Program-made: the position numbers and the translations under genes
Assembly (NCBI RefSeq): GCF_018350175.1
Contig: NC_058368.1
Location: 80,974,001-81,038,000 of the forward strand
Length of the DNA stretch: 64,000 bases
Reading direction: 5' to 3'
Source: Felis catus
Taxonomy: Eukaryota
The notes under the pieces: model-generated
Databases searched by the model: none
What the model was told of the DNA's origin: nothing
Seen by the model: the letters and a program-made list of their open reading frames with translations, nothing else
Shown here: in pieces, positions 23,701 to 36,274 of the stretch
Layout: every line of letters starts with the position of its first letter
Position numbering within the stretch: position 1 is the stretch's first letter

Positions 23701-25816
23701 CGTGGGCTACTTGTCCCAGGACAGATGGGCAGCCTCCTTTGGCTGGGGCAGTGGTTGAGGCGGGGGTCTTGGCTGGGAGCCTTTGGTCTTTCCTGAGCTG
23801 GGCGTGAGGGCTGTGGTGCTCGAGGAGATTTGTGCCCAACACGGGCCCTTGTCCCATCCCTATGTGCTTCCACTGGGAGCTCCCGCCTGGGCTCCGAGGG
23901 GCAGCGTCAGTGGCAAGGCGTTCCTGGCGTTACTTGCACATGCAGTAATAATGTGGAGTTTTCCCTTGGGTCCTTGGGGGGTGGATCTGGACCCCATCAC
24001 TTTCCCCACCGGTCCTTTTCTCTACTTGCTGAGCTAGTCCACATCCCAGACGACCACTCCTGACCCTTCTTCCACCACTTTCTTTCACAGTCCGACATCT
24101 TAAACCACCTGCCTGTCCTCCTGCCCACCTGTCCTCAAAGCTGTGGCCTCCTTTCTTAGGACGGAAGGGACGTTGCAGGAAAGAGGGTCCCGCCGACACT
24201 GGCAAAGCCAGGATAAGCTGATGGGAGGGGAGAGATTGTATGCAGGCTGTGCCTCGGCAGGAAGGGCTTCTGGAAGTTTCTTCCCCAAGCACATGCATCA
24301 ACAGAGGCCACAGGGGTGAGGACACAGGGTGTCAGGGGCAGCCCCATTTCTGGAAGGTTTGTAGAAATGAGAGACACATAGAAGACAGACTACCCAGTAA
24401 CCTGGGGTGAGATGCTCACAAAATAAGGAAACGGTGGGCTGAAGACACAGCCTAAGCTAGCCCCTGGGGGGTCTGGTAGGGAAAGGGCCACACAGGACAC
24501 TTGACTCTACACACCATGCCCCTGGGGTCATGTGTCCTCAGCGGTTCCTTCCCTATGAGAGTCAGAGGGCCATGAGGCTAGCACTCCGCTGCCCAGGGTT
24601 GTCCTCTCTGCCCCGCGTCCTCCCCTGCGTCCTCCCTCACTCTGGGCTTTACTGTTTCAGATGAGGAAGAGCTTGGGTGAGAACACACCAGGCATCTGGA
24701 TCTCTCCAGGCCACACCACTGTTCTCGGGAATGATTTCGATGCCACAGGGCAGGGGCTGTGGAGGCCCACACGGCAACACCTGAACCCGTGTCCCAACAG
24801 GCTCTGGTGGAGATGCGCCTGTTCCCCCCGCTGTAGCTGCACGTGTGTTCCAAGGCTGTTCCCAAGTCAGCAGGTCCCAAAATGCGTTGTCCTAAGAGAA
24901 AGAATAGAGTGTCTGGGTGTCTGAGACTCTTGGCCGGTTTCTGAGGAGCAAAGGCCTTGGCTGGGGCCGTTCAGTGACTTCTTGGCTGGAAAGTCGCCAG
25001 TTGAAGGCTGACAGCAGCGGGCAGTGCTTGTGGGCCGGGGTCCATGGTCCTCTAACCTGAGCTCAAGATGGACGATAGGCAGCTGGAGATGCCACCAGCA
25101 GGGCAGGGGACAGTCCTGTGGGGGGAACCAAGCCCTCCTTCCCACGCTGCGGCTCAGTCACCCACACCTGTCACCGCCCACGGGGGTGGGACAAGTGGCT
25201 GAGAGGGTCCGTCAAAGGATGTGGCCTGCCTCCGGACATGTTTTATTATGTTTTATTAGGAAGGTGATGTAGGTGGTCGAAAATACTTTTGGATCCCCTA
25301 AGGTTATTTTTGAATTCAAAAGGCAGTGTCCCCAGAGCTTGTCTTATAGTCTCTGCTTGGGATGTCACTGAAACAGGACGCGCCCCATCCCCCCCCACCC
25401 CCGCCGTCCCACCAAACGTCTCCTGGTTGCCTGTGGTGCACCTCACTAAATGCCAAGAGGAAGACAGGGAGGTGTGACGTGACCCGGTCCAGGAGAAGCC
25501 GAGGAGCTAACTGAAGACGTGAGGACCTCATCTGAAAACGTCATTGAAGAGGCGGCGATGAGCCTGAGCTTACGGGGCAAGTGAGCGGGAGTTAACAACA
25601 GCAGTCAGAGCCACGGAAAGTGAACTCTGCCGAGCAGCATGGTGGGGGCCGGGTCTTGAGCCCCGGGGCCAAGGTGATGGAGCAGGTGTGGCAGCAGGAG
25701 GACAGCTCAAAGCAAGGCGGCCTGGAGCGACACCAGACCAGGGACCACAGCTCACAGCCTCAGTTCCTCGTGTTCCTTGGCAAGTCACGGCCTCACACGT
25801 AAGACAAGAAGTCGCC

Positions 25817-26195
25817 CTGGGTTGAAAGTGTCCCCAAATCCATGTCCTTCCTGGAACCTCATGATGTACACTTATTTGGAACCAGGCAGTTAAGGTGAGG
25901 TCGTGTGGAGTAGAGGGGATCCCGACCCAATATCACTGGCGTCCTTGTAGAAGAAGAGACACGCAGGGATGGGTAGGTGCGGGCACAGACACGTGGGCAG
26001 ACACCACGTGACTGCGAGGCAACGATGGGAGTGACGAGGCCCAGTCCGGGGCACCAGGGGTGGTGGGGCCGCCGGGGGCTGGGCTGGCTGGCGTGGCCCG
26101 GCCGACACCTTGGCTGTCGACCCTGGCCTGCAGAGCCGTGGGAGAGCAGGGATCCCTCGCTCCGAGCCCCATGGTTTGTGGTCGTGTGTTCCTGC
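25817..26195 (+). mobile_element. MLT1C-like MaLR solo LTR
   Basis: gggttgaaagtgtccccaaatccatgtcc..ggaacctcatgatgtacacttatttggaa..ctggcgtccttgtagaagaagagacac..ccgacaccttgg..tggtttgtggtc. Confidence 0.8.
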
Positions 26196-27256
26196 CAAGA
26201 TGTTGACGCAGGGGGTGAACCAGTGCTCACGAGCCCAGTGGGTGGGCCGCCCCGTTGAAAAGGATCAGGAGGTCCCAGAGGGACAGTGTTGAGTTGGGCC
26301 AGCCCGGGCCAGCTGGAGGAGAGGCCTGAGGCCAGGCTGCCAGCAGAGGGAGTTTTGGGCGGAGGGAGGGACGGTCAGGGAGACCGCTGAGGGCTTTGTG
26401 GGTACAGGGCACGGGTTTGGCGAGGGAGGCCTGATGGGCCAGGCCTTTCTTTGGGGAGACGCGGTGGGGCCATTGCCCTCCTGAGTTAATGAAGCTGCGT
26501 TCACTCTCCCCCGTGGATCGCCACTTCCCCAAAATTCCATGCTCCGACGGGAGAGCTGCAATCTGGTCCTCCTTCTTGGCGACAATTAAGCTTCCGACCA
26601 GGGCGAGCTGTTCCTCCATCACAACGTAAGACAATGAGAGCGTGTACGGCGGGGAGGTCGCGTGGCAGCACCAGTGGGCAGGGCTTTATCGGGAGCTAAG
26701 GCCCTGGGGTGGAGAGGCCCCTCTTTCTCCAGCAAGACACAAATCTGAATGTGAGATGTCATTAAAGCCTCCTTCCTCTGCTACTGCTTCTTTTAGAATA
26801 ACAAAAACACATCAGTGGTGAGTTTCGCGTTATTTTTAATAAAAGAAAACCCTTTAATTTACATATATTTAAGGCTAAGTAAATGAAAATGCATTATGTT
26901 ACCACTGTTCTAGTGAATAATGAGCCCATAGGGTTCAGAAGAATGTTTGCTTTTCAAACCTTGCGCTCGCCTAGCTCAAGTCTGCCCCTGGGGCTAGGGA
27001 GGGGGCACGCGTTGTTGTCAGGGGCACGCTGGGGCTGGCAATGCCCCAGCGGGAGACGTGGGGCAAATGGATTCTAGTCAAGCCACAGCCCCCAAATCTG
27101 GTCATCCAGGGCATGTGCCCGGCAGGTGCTGAGCCCAGGCCCTGCTGGGAAGCCCAGGGCCACACTGTGGCCCTCCACCTCCCTCTCCTGAAAGCCCTGC
27201 TTCCGGCATCGCCTCTCTGACAGCAGGCAGCGGGAGCCGGGAAGACAAAAGAAATT

Positions 27257-27312
27257 ACACACATACACGCGCACACCCACACACGTATGCGCACACACCT
27301 GCGAACACACAC
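27257..27312. repeat. Imperfect (CA)n microsatellite
   Basis: Direct reading. Confidence 0.8.
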
Positions 27313-29053
27313 ATTTTTGTCTCCGGCGTTTTGTTAGAAGAAAATGTCCTTGGGATCATTGAAAAATCACCATCATCCCTGACCTTCAGAGGAGAGCCTG
27401 GCATTCCGTGTCCTGCCGTGGTTCCCCGGAGAGGACAGCCTGTGGCCGTGTCTTCCCTGAGATCCGTGGGTGAGGTATTTGGCCCAGGCTCTGGCAGGCA
27501 GCACCCCAGGAGGAAGGTTCACTGTTAACGATGATGAACAGTCGCTAACAAGCATTTCCTGCGTTCTGCACTGACTTTGGTGGGGGCCAGCCTGCCTTTT
27601 CTAAGAAAGATACTTTCTTATCAACCTGAATACAGAGGGAAACTGAGGCAGGCTCGAGTGACCAGCCACCGGGTTCATTCAGGAGCAGCAGTTGGGGACA
27701 CACACACGGTAGCAGGTGGCAACGACCCCGTGGAAGGTCCAGGGTGGTGATGGTCACGGATGGGCAGGAGCGCCAAGAGGGGGCGTCCAGCCCGAGTCCC
27801 AGCAGTGAGTTCCCCGGCTCCGGAATGGGCAGAGACTCTTGGTGGCGCTCATCGGTCAGGAGGTGAGTGCGGTTTTCCGAAAGTCCCGCGTTTTTGGGGA
27901 ATCAGTGTGTCAGTTCTCAAGCTTCGGTCTCCTGAGGGCACAGGTGTGAGATTCTCCACTTCGTCCCTCTGGTGATGTTGTACCCTGAGAGTCTCTCACA
28001 TTCTATACCTTCAGGGGCCACATTTGGGCTTGAGGGGCCCCCTCCTGGCTCCCTTGCCCCTCACTCCACCAAGTGTGAAGTGTGGGGTGGACACAGGAAA
28101 GAGAAACGCTCCCCTGCCAGGGAGGCCTCCAGGCTGCCAGGTGCCTGCCGGGGGCTCTCCTTGAGCACTCGCGGGTTTGCTCAAGCTGGGGAGGCTGCAG
28201 CGTCGCGTGCAGACCAACAGTCCCCTCGCGGTGGGGACTGAGCTCTGGCTGGGCCTCTCAGGGAGTCCTTCCTGCCTGGAGCAGGTTGGCCAGGGCTTCC
28301 AGGAGGAGGTAGCTCTAGTGTCCGACCCTGAAGGGCGGCTGAGGAACAGGCTGAGTGGCCCCAGGAGACCTGCGGCCGGAGCGGAGAGCAAAGGCAGGCC
28401 GGTCCCCTGGACTTTCAGGGACATTTCCTGCCCCGGTGCAAGGACACGCTCTTTTCTGCCTGTTTCTATTTTCCCCAGTTAATCAGGTGACTTGAAAAGA
28501 AGCTAGATAAGGGCATTGTTTGTGCTGACATCACCCTGACGATACTGTCTGGGGAGACCCGAGGGGGACGCTGCCTTTCTGAGCGATAGAGTCATTAGGG
28601 GCCTCTCATCACCTCTGCGCATCTAGGTTAATTACCACAGAAGGCCTGGAAATGGCAGCTATAATTTTTCTCAAGAAAGTACTGCTATTTTTACTCTTCG
28701 ACAGACCCTATTTTGCAGTTCGGTGGTGTGATAATTTTCGTAGAACGGCTGTCGTGCGTTTGATTAAATTTGGGTTGCAAGTTAGGCAGTGATGGCCCCA
28801 CGGCCCGTCGATCAGCTCCAAACAAGCAGCTGTTCCCTCCAGGAAACGGGGCGGGGCCTCTGCGGATGCCCGTGACCACCTTGGCACGAGATGCTTTCTG
28901 TTTAGGAAATCACAGCCGACATTTACCAAACAGCATAAGGTAACAAACCTCTGGCTTTGGGTTATCACTGAAGTCACGGCAAGGGATGCTGTTCAGAGAG
29001 CCTACGTGGGCGGTTTCCTTTTAGAACGTTATTATGACCTGTGTGAATCTTGT

Positions 29054-29227
29054 GAAGTTTATTTTGAGAGAGCCAGCCGGGGAGGGGCAGAGAGAGAGGG
29101 AGGGAAAGAATCCCAAGCGGGCTCTGTGCTGTCAGCACAGAGCCTGACGTGGGTCTCACCATGAGATCATGACCTGAGCCGAAATCGAGAGTCGCATGCT
29201 TACCCGATGGAGCCACCCAGGCACCCC
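29054..29227 (-). mobile_element. CAN-SINE with short tail
   Basis: Antisense copy ending gagccacccaggcacccc. Confidence 0.9.
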
Positions 29228-29363
29228 TCATGTGATGTTGAAGTAAGTAATTTGTGGCATAACTTGTTTGGGGTGAGATCCGGGAAATTGTGTCGTGTAC
29301 CTGTTGAGGTCTCTCAGGAAAGGACAGATGGCTTTCGTGGACATAACATCTCTATTTCCTTTT

Positions 29364-29575
29364 TTTTTGTTAACGTCTTATTTATTTTTGAGAGAGATAA
29401 CAGAAACAATGTGAGCGGGGAGGGGCAGAGAGAGAGGGAGACACAGAATCCAAAGCAGGCTCCAGGCCCCGAGCCATTAGCACAGAGCCCAACATGGGGC
29501 TTGAACTCACGAACCGTGAGATCATGACCTGAGTTGAAGTCGGATGTTCAACCAACTGAGCCGCCCAGGCACCCC
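29364..29575 (-). mobile_element. CAN-SINE (SINEC_Fc)
   Basis: 13-bp TSD TCTATTTCCTTTT at 29351-29363 and 29576-29588. Confidence 0.95.
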
Positions 29576-29938
29576 TCTATTTCCTTTTGTTTCAAAACCA
29601 GATGAAATTTGAAATGCCTGATTTGAAACCTGTCCCTAGAGCTGTCTCTCCTGCCCTCCAGATCATCCATTGGAGTGTGGCCTGACTGCACCCCTGCCGT
29701 CTGCCTGGGGGGTGCACATCTGTGGTTTTGATTATTGGCAGCCTCTGGTGCTCTGTTCACAATCACGTGCAACTTGTAGGGGTGGGAGAAAGGATATTTG
29801 AACCTCGCTCTTCCTCCTGAAGTGAGCCCTTCGGTTCACCCCTTCCTTGTCCTTTGGGGAGCTGGGGAGGGTGTGGAAGCCCTTGGTACAGTAATCAAAT
29901 ACGCAGGAGGGCAAGGCCTGGAGGCATTAGAACATGCC

Positions 29939-30152
29939 AGGGCGCCTGGGTGGCTCAGTCAGTTAAGCATCCGACTCTTGATTTCAGCTCAGGTCATGAT
30001 CTCACGGTTCGTGGATTCAAGCCCCACGTCTGGCTCTGTGCTGGCAGCTCGGAGCCTGGAGCCTGCTTCGGATTTTGTGCCTCCCTCTCTGCCCCTCCCC
30101 CACTTGTGTCCTTCCGCCCTCCACAAATAAATAAACATTAAAGAAAAAAAAA
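29939..30152 (+). mobile_element. CAN-SINE
   Basis: GGGCGCCTGGGTGGCTCAGTCAG head and A tail. TSD AGA(A/G)CATGCC. Confidence 0.94.
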
Positions 30153-32639
30153 AGAGCATGCCTTCCTGTGGCATCACTGTCCTCCTGCGCAGCAGATGTC
30201 CAGGGCCAGCCAGTGTGGAAGATGGAGATTGTAGAGGAAAATTTTAGCATACGCGTCTCTTCTGGAGAGCTCTGGGCACCCTCCCAGGTCTTTGGGGGAG
30301 TCAGGGTGGTGGCATCTTGATTGATTCAAATATGGCTTCGTTCAGGAAGCTCTTCGTGGGTCTCCACACCTTGAGTGCTGCGTGAAGGTATGTCTGTGAT
30401 TGTGCGGGTGGTACCTGTGTCCCTGCGGGACCCGAGCTCTGTGGGAGCAGGGCCGTCCCTGCCTTGTGGCCGTGTCCCCAGGACAGCACAGCACCTGGCA
30501 CTCAGACACCTGCTCAGGGCAGGATGCTCACGTTGTGATGTGGCTTGGCACAGGCACCCTCAGATGCCTGGGCCGGCGTTAGAATGTTCTTGAGGGAGCC
30601 CAGCCCTGAATGCTTAGCGTTTTGAAGGAGATGACTTACCAGTATGTTTTTGTTTACTTTTGAGGAAATTGTCTCATTGGAGATCTGTGGGGCTGTTTTC
30701 TAAACTGAGGGCTGAACGTTGTGCTATGCTCATTCCTGAGGCTCCGTGGACTGTCACATTTGGGGATGAGCCGGCATGGCGAGGGAGAGGTTCCCCCGCT
30801 CCGCTCCCCTTAGGGGGGAAGTCATAACTGTCAGAAGCGAGATATAGCTGTCAAAAGTGCATGAAATCAGGTGTGCGAATGGGAAACAGAAGTCACAGTT
30901 CCCTTTGTTCTGTGACAGGGTAAGAATTTCAAATTTTTCATCAGAGAGGAAATAGAATTCTAGCAGTTACATCTAAGCGATGGGGGCCTGTCCCCAGAAC
31001 CAGTGCTTGCTTATGCACAGCAAATTGACCCCTGTAACCCAACATGGCAAAATGGGGACAGTAGCTAAATGCACAGCAATTGTGTTTTGTTTGGCCAGTA
31101 AAACCAGCCCCTGTTCGACTGGGCACATGCTCATTCCAGATGTGACCCTGGGCCCCGGTTCTCCACACACCCCGGGACTCGGCCTGGGTCTCCTGACCTG
31201 GTGGGATTGCCCCAGGAGGATCTGTCCTTGTCTGCACTGCCTCACCAGGCAGACATCCTGGCCTGTGATGGACACTGGGGTGGCTCAGCCAGCGGGATTC
31301 GAGGAAAGGCTGGGAGACTGATGGTCACCTTCTGGGTCTGCTTGCTGTCTGTCCCCAGTGGCCCTCGTGGGCACCGCTGCTCTGTCTTGGGCCTCAGCCT
31401 GGGCCCCAGGCAGGAAGAACAAGGAGGGACAGGCTGGGGACAGCCTGCTGGTCCGCTGTCTGTCTGTGTGCTCCTGGGGAGACAGCGGCCTGCCCAGAGC
31501 CCCCCATTGGGGTGCATCCCCAGCCTCCAGACCGGTCCCCGTACCACTTGGCTGCTGGCGCCTGGGGTCTGCCCTGCACCCCCTGCATCGGAGCCCCAGA
31601 CCCTGAGTCTCCCTCAGAAACCCTGCAGAATGGCTTGGGTCAGCCTCCTGCACTCAGCCTTCTTCCAGTCTGAGCCTTGGATTTTATCTGGGATGATACT
31701 TTCCCAGAGTGGCAGCCAGCGAGAAGAGGCACGTCATTTGACTGTGACCCTCATGTGTCCATTTTCAGCATCCACATTCCCCTTGAGACTGTGTGGACTG
31801 CCAGCCCCAAAGGTCCCTTCCCCCACTTGCCAGAACCCTACATTTGCTACTCACCTCCAGCCCCAGTGCCGTCACTGGGATGGGGTCTTCCCTCAAGAGG
31901 GTGGGGGAGGCCTCTCCAAAAGAGGGGTGCAGCCACCCTGGGAAGGCAAGGACCTTTCTACACCGTGGGTCCTCCAGCAGGGAGGGCAGCCCTCATCTTG
32001 CCAGGTGGTGCACCTGGCCAGCCCATGCCCTCCTGCTCCTCTGTGGCTGCAGGGCTCTGGGGAGACAGGTCCCCCCTCACCCTGTTGGATTCGCACCTCC
32101 TACCTGGCAACTTGCTCCTTGGAACAGAGAGGCAAAGCCAAACTTACTTGCACAGACTGGCTCCCAGCCTGGAGATTAACACCACTTCAGACAAGGATAG
32201 AATTTTCTAGGACATGACGTGCATTGGGCGCTTGGCGGCTGCAGGTGCTGTGTTTTCTCTCTGCGGCCGACCATGGTCCTTGAGAAAATACCGAGTATAC
32301 CTGTGTAGCCTCGGTCTTTCTGTTGGTGCGGCCCCGAGTCGTGATCAGATGCTTGGTCAAACAGAATGTGAAGGATCGTGCAAACATTTGTAGCTGCGTA
32401 AATACTGAATAATTTACGAGGGCAAACCTCCATATGCAAATGTCATTGTTCGTGTATTTACGAATTTACTGTTGGTTGTGGGGGGCGGCTAGAGCCTCCT
32501 TCTTCCAGAAGAGCAAACAAAGCTTACTCTCCCAGAGGAATTCGTTTGTGCATGCTTGCACACCTACTGTGTGCGGGCGCCATGCTCCACACGACCTGTG
32601 TCCCCACCTGGGGGATTCCCACCCAGTGCTCCTTGGTCA

Positions 32640-33025
32640 CCTGTGTCAGAGTCCCCGGGAAACTTTTCATAAGCAGCTTCCTGAGCTCCCCTCAGACCAA
32701 CCAAATCAGAGCCTGTTGGGGTGCACCCAGGAATCTGCGTCCTCACAAACGCCCCCGTGATGCGGGCCACACTCAAGTCTGGGAAGACCATTTCTGGCCA
32801 GTGATGTCTGAGAGTCAGGTGTGTGGGGGCGGGGTGCCTGGGCCTCCAGCTGGGTGGGGCTTTGCATCAGAATCAGCTGCGGAACGTTTTTTTAGCCTAG
32901 TGCAGCCCCCCCCCCCCCCACTTGGCCTGGAGGTTCTGATTCCTGAGGTCAACACGGGCCTGGACATCTGCATTTTTTGGCAAGCCTACCAGGCATCTCA
33001 GACGCGTGCTGAGAGGAACTGCTGA
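32640..33025. mobile_element. Two MER5A/B-like hAT fragments
   Basis: aatcagagcctgttggggtgcacccaggaatctgcg..aagtctgggaagaccatt and gcatcagaatcagctg..ggcctggacatctgcattttt. Confidence 0.5.
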
Positions 33026-33508
33026 GAGGCCCAGATCACCATGGGTAATTCTGATGGAGACTCAGCATTTGTATCTTCTGACTCATCTGGTGAAGAAATC
33101 GGGACCCGCAGAGAGGCTGGGACTGCCCAAGCCGTAGTTCCCAACAGGGCCTGGCGGGACAGGTCCCCGGAGCCCGCTGCGATTTCCCACACACCACACG
33201 TTTCTCCCCCCACCACCTCCCCAAGTGGGTGTGGGTGGGGAGCTGAGCTGGGTCCCAGGGCGGAGGTGGCCTTCGCTACTGCTGACCTGGGTGAAGCACA
33301 GGGATGGCTGGGTTACTGGGCCAGTGGTTAGTTACAAAGCTGTCTCCCTTTGGTCAACAGTTGTGATGTAGGAGCTTTGCCTGGGAATGGCAGATACCAC
33401 ACTGGATGGGACCAAGTCCCTGCCCTGCCATCACACATGTCCAGGGACAGAGGGATGGCACAGATAGCCAGGAGACCACATATCCCACGTTAAAATCAGA
33501 TTAAGGCT

Positions 33509-33714
33509 GGGGCGCCCGGGGGGCTCAGTCGGTTAAGTGTCCGACTTCAGCTCAGGTCATGATCTCGCAGTTCGTGGGTTTGAGACCCACATCGGGCTTT
33601 GTGCTGACAGTTCGGAGCCTGGAGCCCGCTTGAGATTCTGTGTCTCCCTCTCTCTGCCTCTCCTCTGCTCATGCTCTCTCTCTCAAAAATGAATAAACTT
33701 AAAAAAATTTTAAA
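33509..33714 (+). mobile_element. CAN-SINE (SINEC_Fc)
   Basis: Full copy. TSD AAAATCAGAT(TA/CG)AGGCT. Confidence 0.95.
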
Positions 33715-33744
33715 AAAATCAGATCGAGGCTTTCACATATCAAT

Positions 33745-33965
33745 TTTTAAATGAACTTCTAAAGTTTAGAATAGCTTCAGCTTTACAGAAAAGTTGCAAA
33801 GAAAGCACCGAATTCCCAGACACCTCACACCCGGTTTCCCTTGCTGTACGGCACACCTGATGTACCAGTGAACTGATATTTATACTTTATTAGTAACTAA
33901 AACCCATCCTTCTCTAATTTCTTCTTTTTCTAGGAAATGGCCTCTTCCTGTTTCAGGATGCCATC
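33745..33965 (-). mobile_element. L1MC-like 3' terminal fragment
   Basis: tttagaatagcttcagctttacagaaaagttgcaaagaaagcaccgaattccc..cacacccggtttccc..cttcctgtttcaggat. Confidence 0.65.
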
Positions 33966-33970
33966 ACCGG

Positions 33971-34193
33971 TTTTTTTTTTAATTTTTTTTAACGTTTATT
34001 TATTTTTGAGACAGAGAGAGACAGAGCATGAACAGGGGAGGGGCAGAGAGAGAGGGAGACACAGAATCTGAAACAGGCTCTAGGCTCTGAGCTGTTAGCA
34101 CAGAACCTGACGCAGGGCTCGAACTCACGGACTGCAAGATCATGACCTGAGCTGAAGTCAGACGCTTAACTGACCGAGCCACCCAGGCGCCCC
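33971..34193 (-). mobile_element. CAN-SINE (SINEC_Fc)
   Basis: Full antisense copy. TSD gcc(a/g)tcaccg. Confidence 0.95.
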
Positions 34194-34219
34194 AGCCGTC
34201 ACCGTTTTTAAAGCTTAGG

Positions 34220-34400
34220 CTTTGTTGAGCAGTTACTAGGTGCTGAGCACTGTGATAAATGCTTCATATGCATTTTTTGAAATTTTCTCCTCTCAAGAAC
34301 CCTGACTCGAGGCATGAAGTGACTTGCTCACAGACAAGCATCCCACCTGCTTCCGGGCTGAACACGAACTCAAGCGTGTCTCAGTTCAGGGCCACATTCC
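34220..34400 (-). mobile_element. MIR fragment
   Basis: ttgttgagcagttactaggtgctgagcactgtgataaatgcttcatatgcatt..gaagtgacttgctca. Confidence 0.55.
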
Positions 34401-35189
34401 TACGCCATGTCGCTGCATCTTCCTGGAGGGGGGTGGAGGTGATTGGGGTGGAACCCCGCATGGGGAACCCTCAGGGTGGAGCCCCAAGGTGGCCGCAGGA
34501 TATATTGTCAGAGGGTTGTGACTTCTGAACCCTTGGGATGGCGAGTCAGAATGCTGGAAGAAAAGATTAGTCTGGTGTATTAACAGGCAGCTTCGATATT
34601 CACGTATCTGAATTCAGATACAGAGTTTCCTCCAACAGTAGGAGATAAAGATTCAAAGCCATAGTGTGACTTTAATTCACACAAGAAAGCAGCCCTGTCT
34701 GATATGTTTCCTAGATTGTCAGGAATTCTATGGTATCAGGATAAGTAATACACTGTGAGGTTATGGGTATGTTTTCTAAATAAATATGGTGGAAGAGTGG
34801 CTTCACACTGTACCTGTTTGCTCAGCCTTGAGTGTAGACGAAGTCACCATCCACGTATCTTTCGCTCTTTACATGCGTTGGAGCTTTCAAATTCCAAATG
34901 GTAGAAACCCAACCGAAATCAACTTGACCGAAGAGTCTGTTCACGCTACTAGAAAGGCCACAGTGGAAGAAGCTCCAGGCTGGGTCCAGGCTCGGAGAGG
35001 TGTCACCTGATGTCACTTGCGTTTGTCAGCTGGTCACACTCTCACCTGTTGCCAGAACCCTGGGAAAGAAGGGTGGAGCCCTGAGCTGGTGGATGGCCAT
35101 CCGTGATCCCAGGGAAAAGATCCTCTGCTCCCAGCCCCGGACTCTGTTCTTTCCTCTGAGTTTCTTTCTCCTTAGTCAGCTCCGGTGGC

Positions 35190-35513
35190 CGTGTCTTAGT
35201 ACGCAGGCTGGGGGCAAGTGATTTACTTCTCACCATTTTGGAGGCAAGAAATCCAAGATCAGGTCTTTCCCAGGGCCTCTCTCCTTGGCTTGCAGATGGC
35301 TGTCTTCTCACTGTGTCCTCACGTGGTCATCCCTCTGTGCCTGTTTGTGTCCTTGTCACCTCCTCTTATAAGGACACCTGTCATATTGGGTTGGTGCCAC
35401 CCTTGTGACCTCGTTTTATCTTAATGACTTCTTTAAAGACTCTTCTTCCAAATGCAGTCCTTTCTGAGTAGTGGGGATCAGGACTTCATCTGGTTGAAGT
35501 TGAGTCCATAACA
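35190..35513 (-). mobile_element. MLT1A/B-like MaLR solo LTR
   Basis: tccttggcttgcagatggctgtcttctcactgtgtcctcacgtggtc..ctcttataaggacacctgtcatattgg..gtccataaca. Confidence 0.88.
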
Positions 35514-35796
35514 GCTTCTCCCATCCTTGCCCTGCACACATGATCACCAGGGGACCCTTTGTCACCCGCCATATTTTGCACTGGAGCTCAAAGTTATTCC
35601 CATCAGCAATTTGAGTCATTTGTTGGAGAGACATCAGGAGCTCATCCCTGTGAGATTAGCAGGCTTTGTCAGCCACATTTTAGGAATAAGAACACCACTT
35701 TCCACTTCTAAATATCTGAAATATCTAAAAACAAACCCCTTGTTATCCTTTTCTTTTTAGGTTTTCCACATATTTTTCATAACTTAAAACCATGGT

Positions 35797-36274
35797 GGGG
35801 CATCTGGGTGGCTGAGTCGGTTAAATGTCTGTCTCTTGATTTGGGCTCAGATCATGATCTCACGGTTCATGGGATCGGGCTCCACATTGGAGCCTGCTGT
35901 AAGCTTAGAGCCTGCTTGGGTTTCTGTCCCTCTCTCTGTCTCTCCCCAGCTCATGCTCTCGTTCTCTCTCTCTCTCTCTCTCAAACATAAATAAACATTA
36001 AAAGAATTTATTTTTATTTTTATTTATTTTTTTTTAATTTTTTTTCAACGTTTTTATTTATTTTTGGGACAGAGAGAGACAGAGCATGAACGGGGGAGGG
36101 GCAGAGAGAGAGGGAGACACAGAATCGTAAACAGGCTCCAGGCTCCGAGCCGTCAGCCCAGAGCCTGACGCGGGGCTCGAACTCACGGGCCGCGAGATCG
36201 TGACCTGGCTGAAGTCGGACGCTTAACCGACTGCGCCACCCAGGCGCCCCAAACATTAAAAGAATTTAAAAAAA
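35797..36274 (+). mobile_element. Older CAN-SINE whose A-tail is split by a younger antisense SINE
   Basis: Head GGGGCATCTGGGTGGCTGAGTCGG. Outer TSD aaaa(c)catggt before 35797 and at 36271-36280. Confidence 0.9.
36011..36250 (-). mobile_element. Very young SINEC_Fc
   Basis: Intact CpG-rich sequence (revcomp GGGGCGCCTGGGTGGCGCAGTCGGTTAAGCGTCCGAC..GAGTTCGAGCCCCGCG). Perfect 18-bp TSD AAACATTAAAAGAATTTA at 35993-36010 and 36251-36268. Confidence 0.97.

Noticed and set aside
30910..30930. Strong donor-like AGG|GTAAGA
   Set aside because: No convincing upstream acceptor or reading frame. Isolated donor motifs are frequent by chance.
31201..32217. Longest ORF (338 aa, +)
   Set aside because: Non-ATG start, Pro/Gly/Leu/Ser/Cys-rich composition typical of GC-rich non-coding DNA, no recognisable domain, and overlapping ORFs in other frames.
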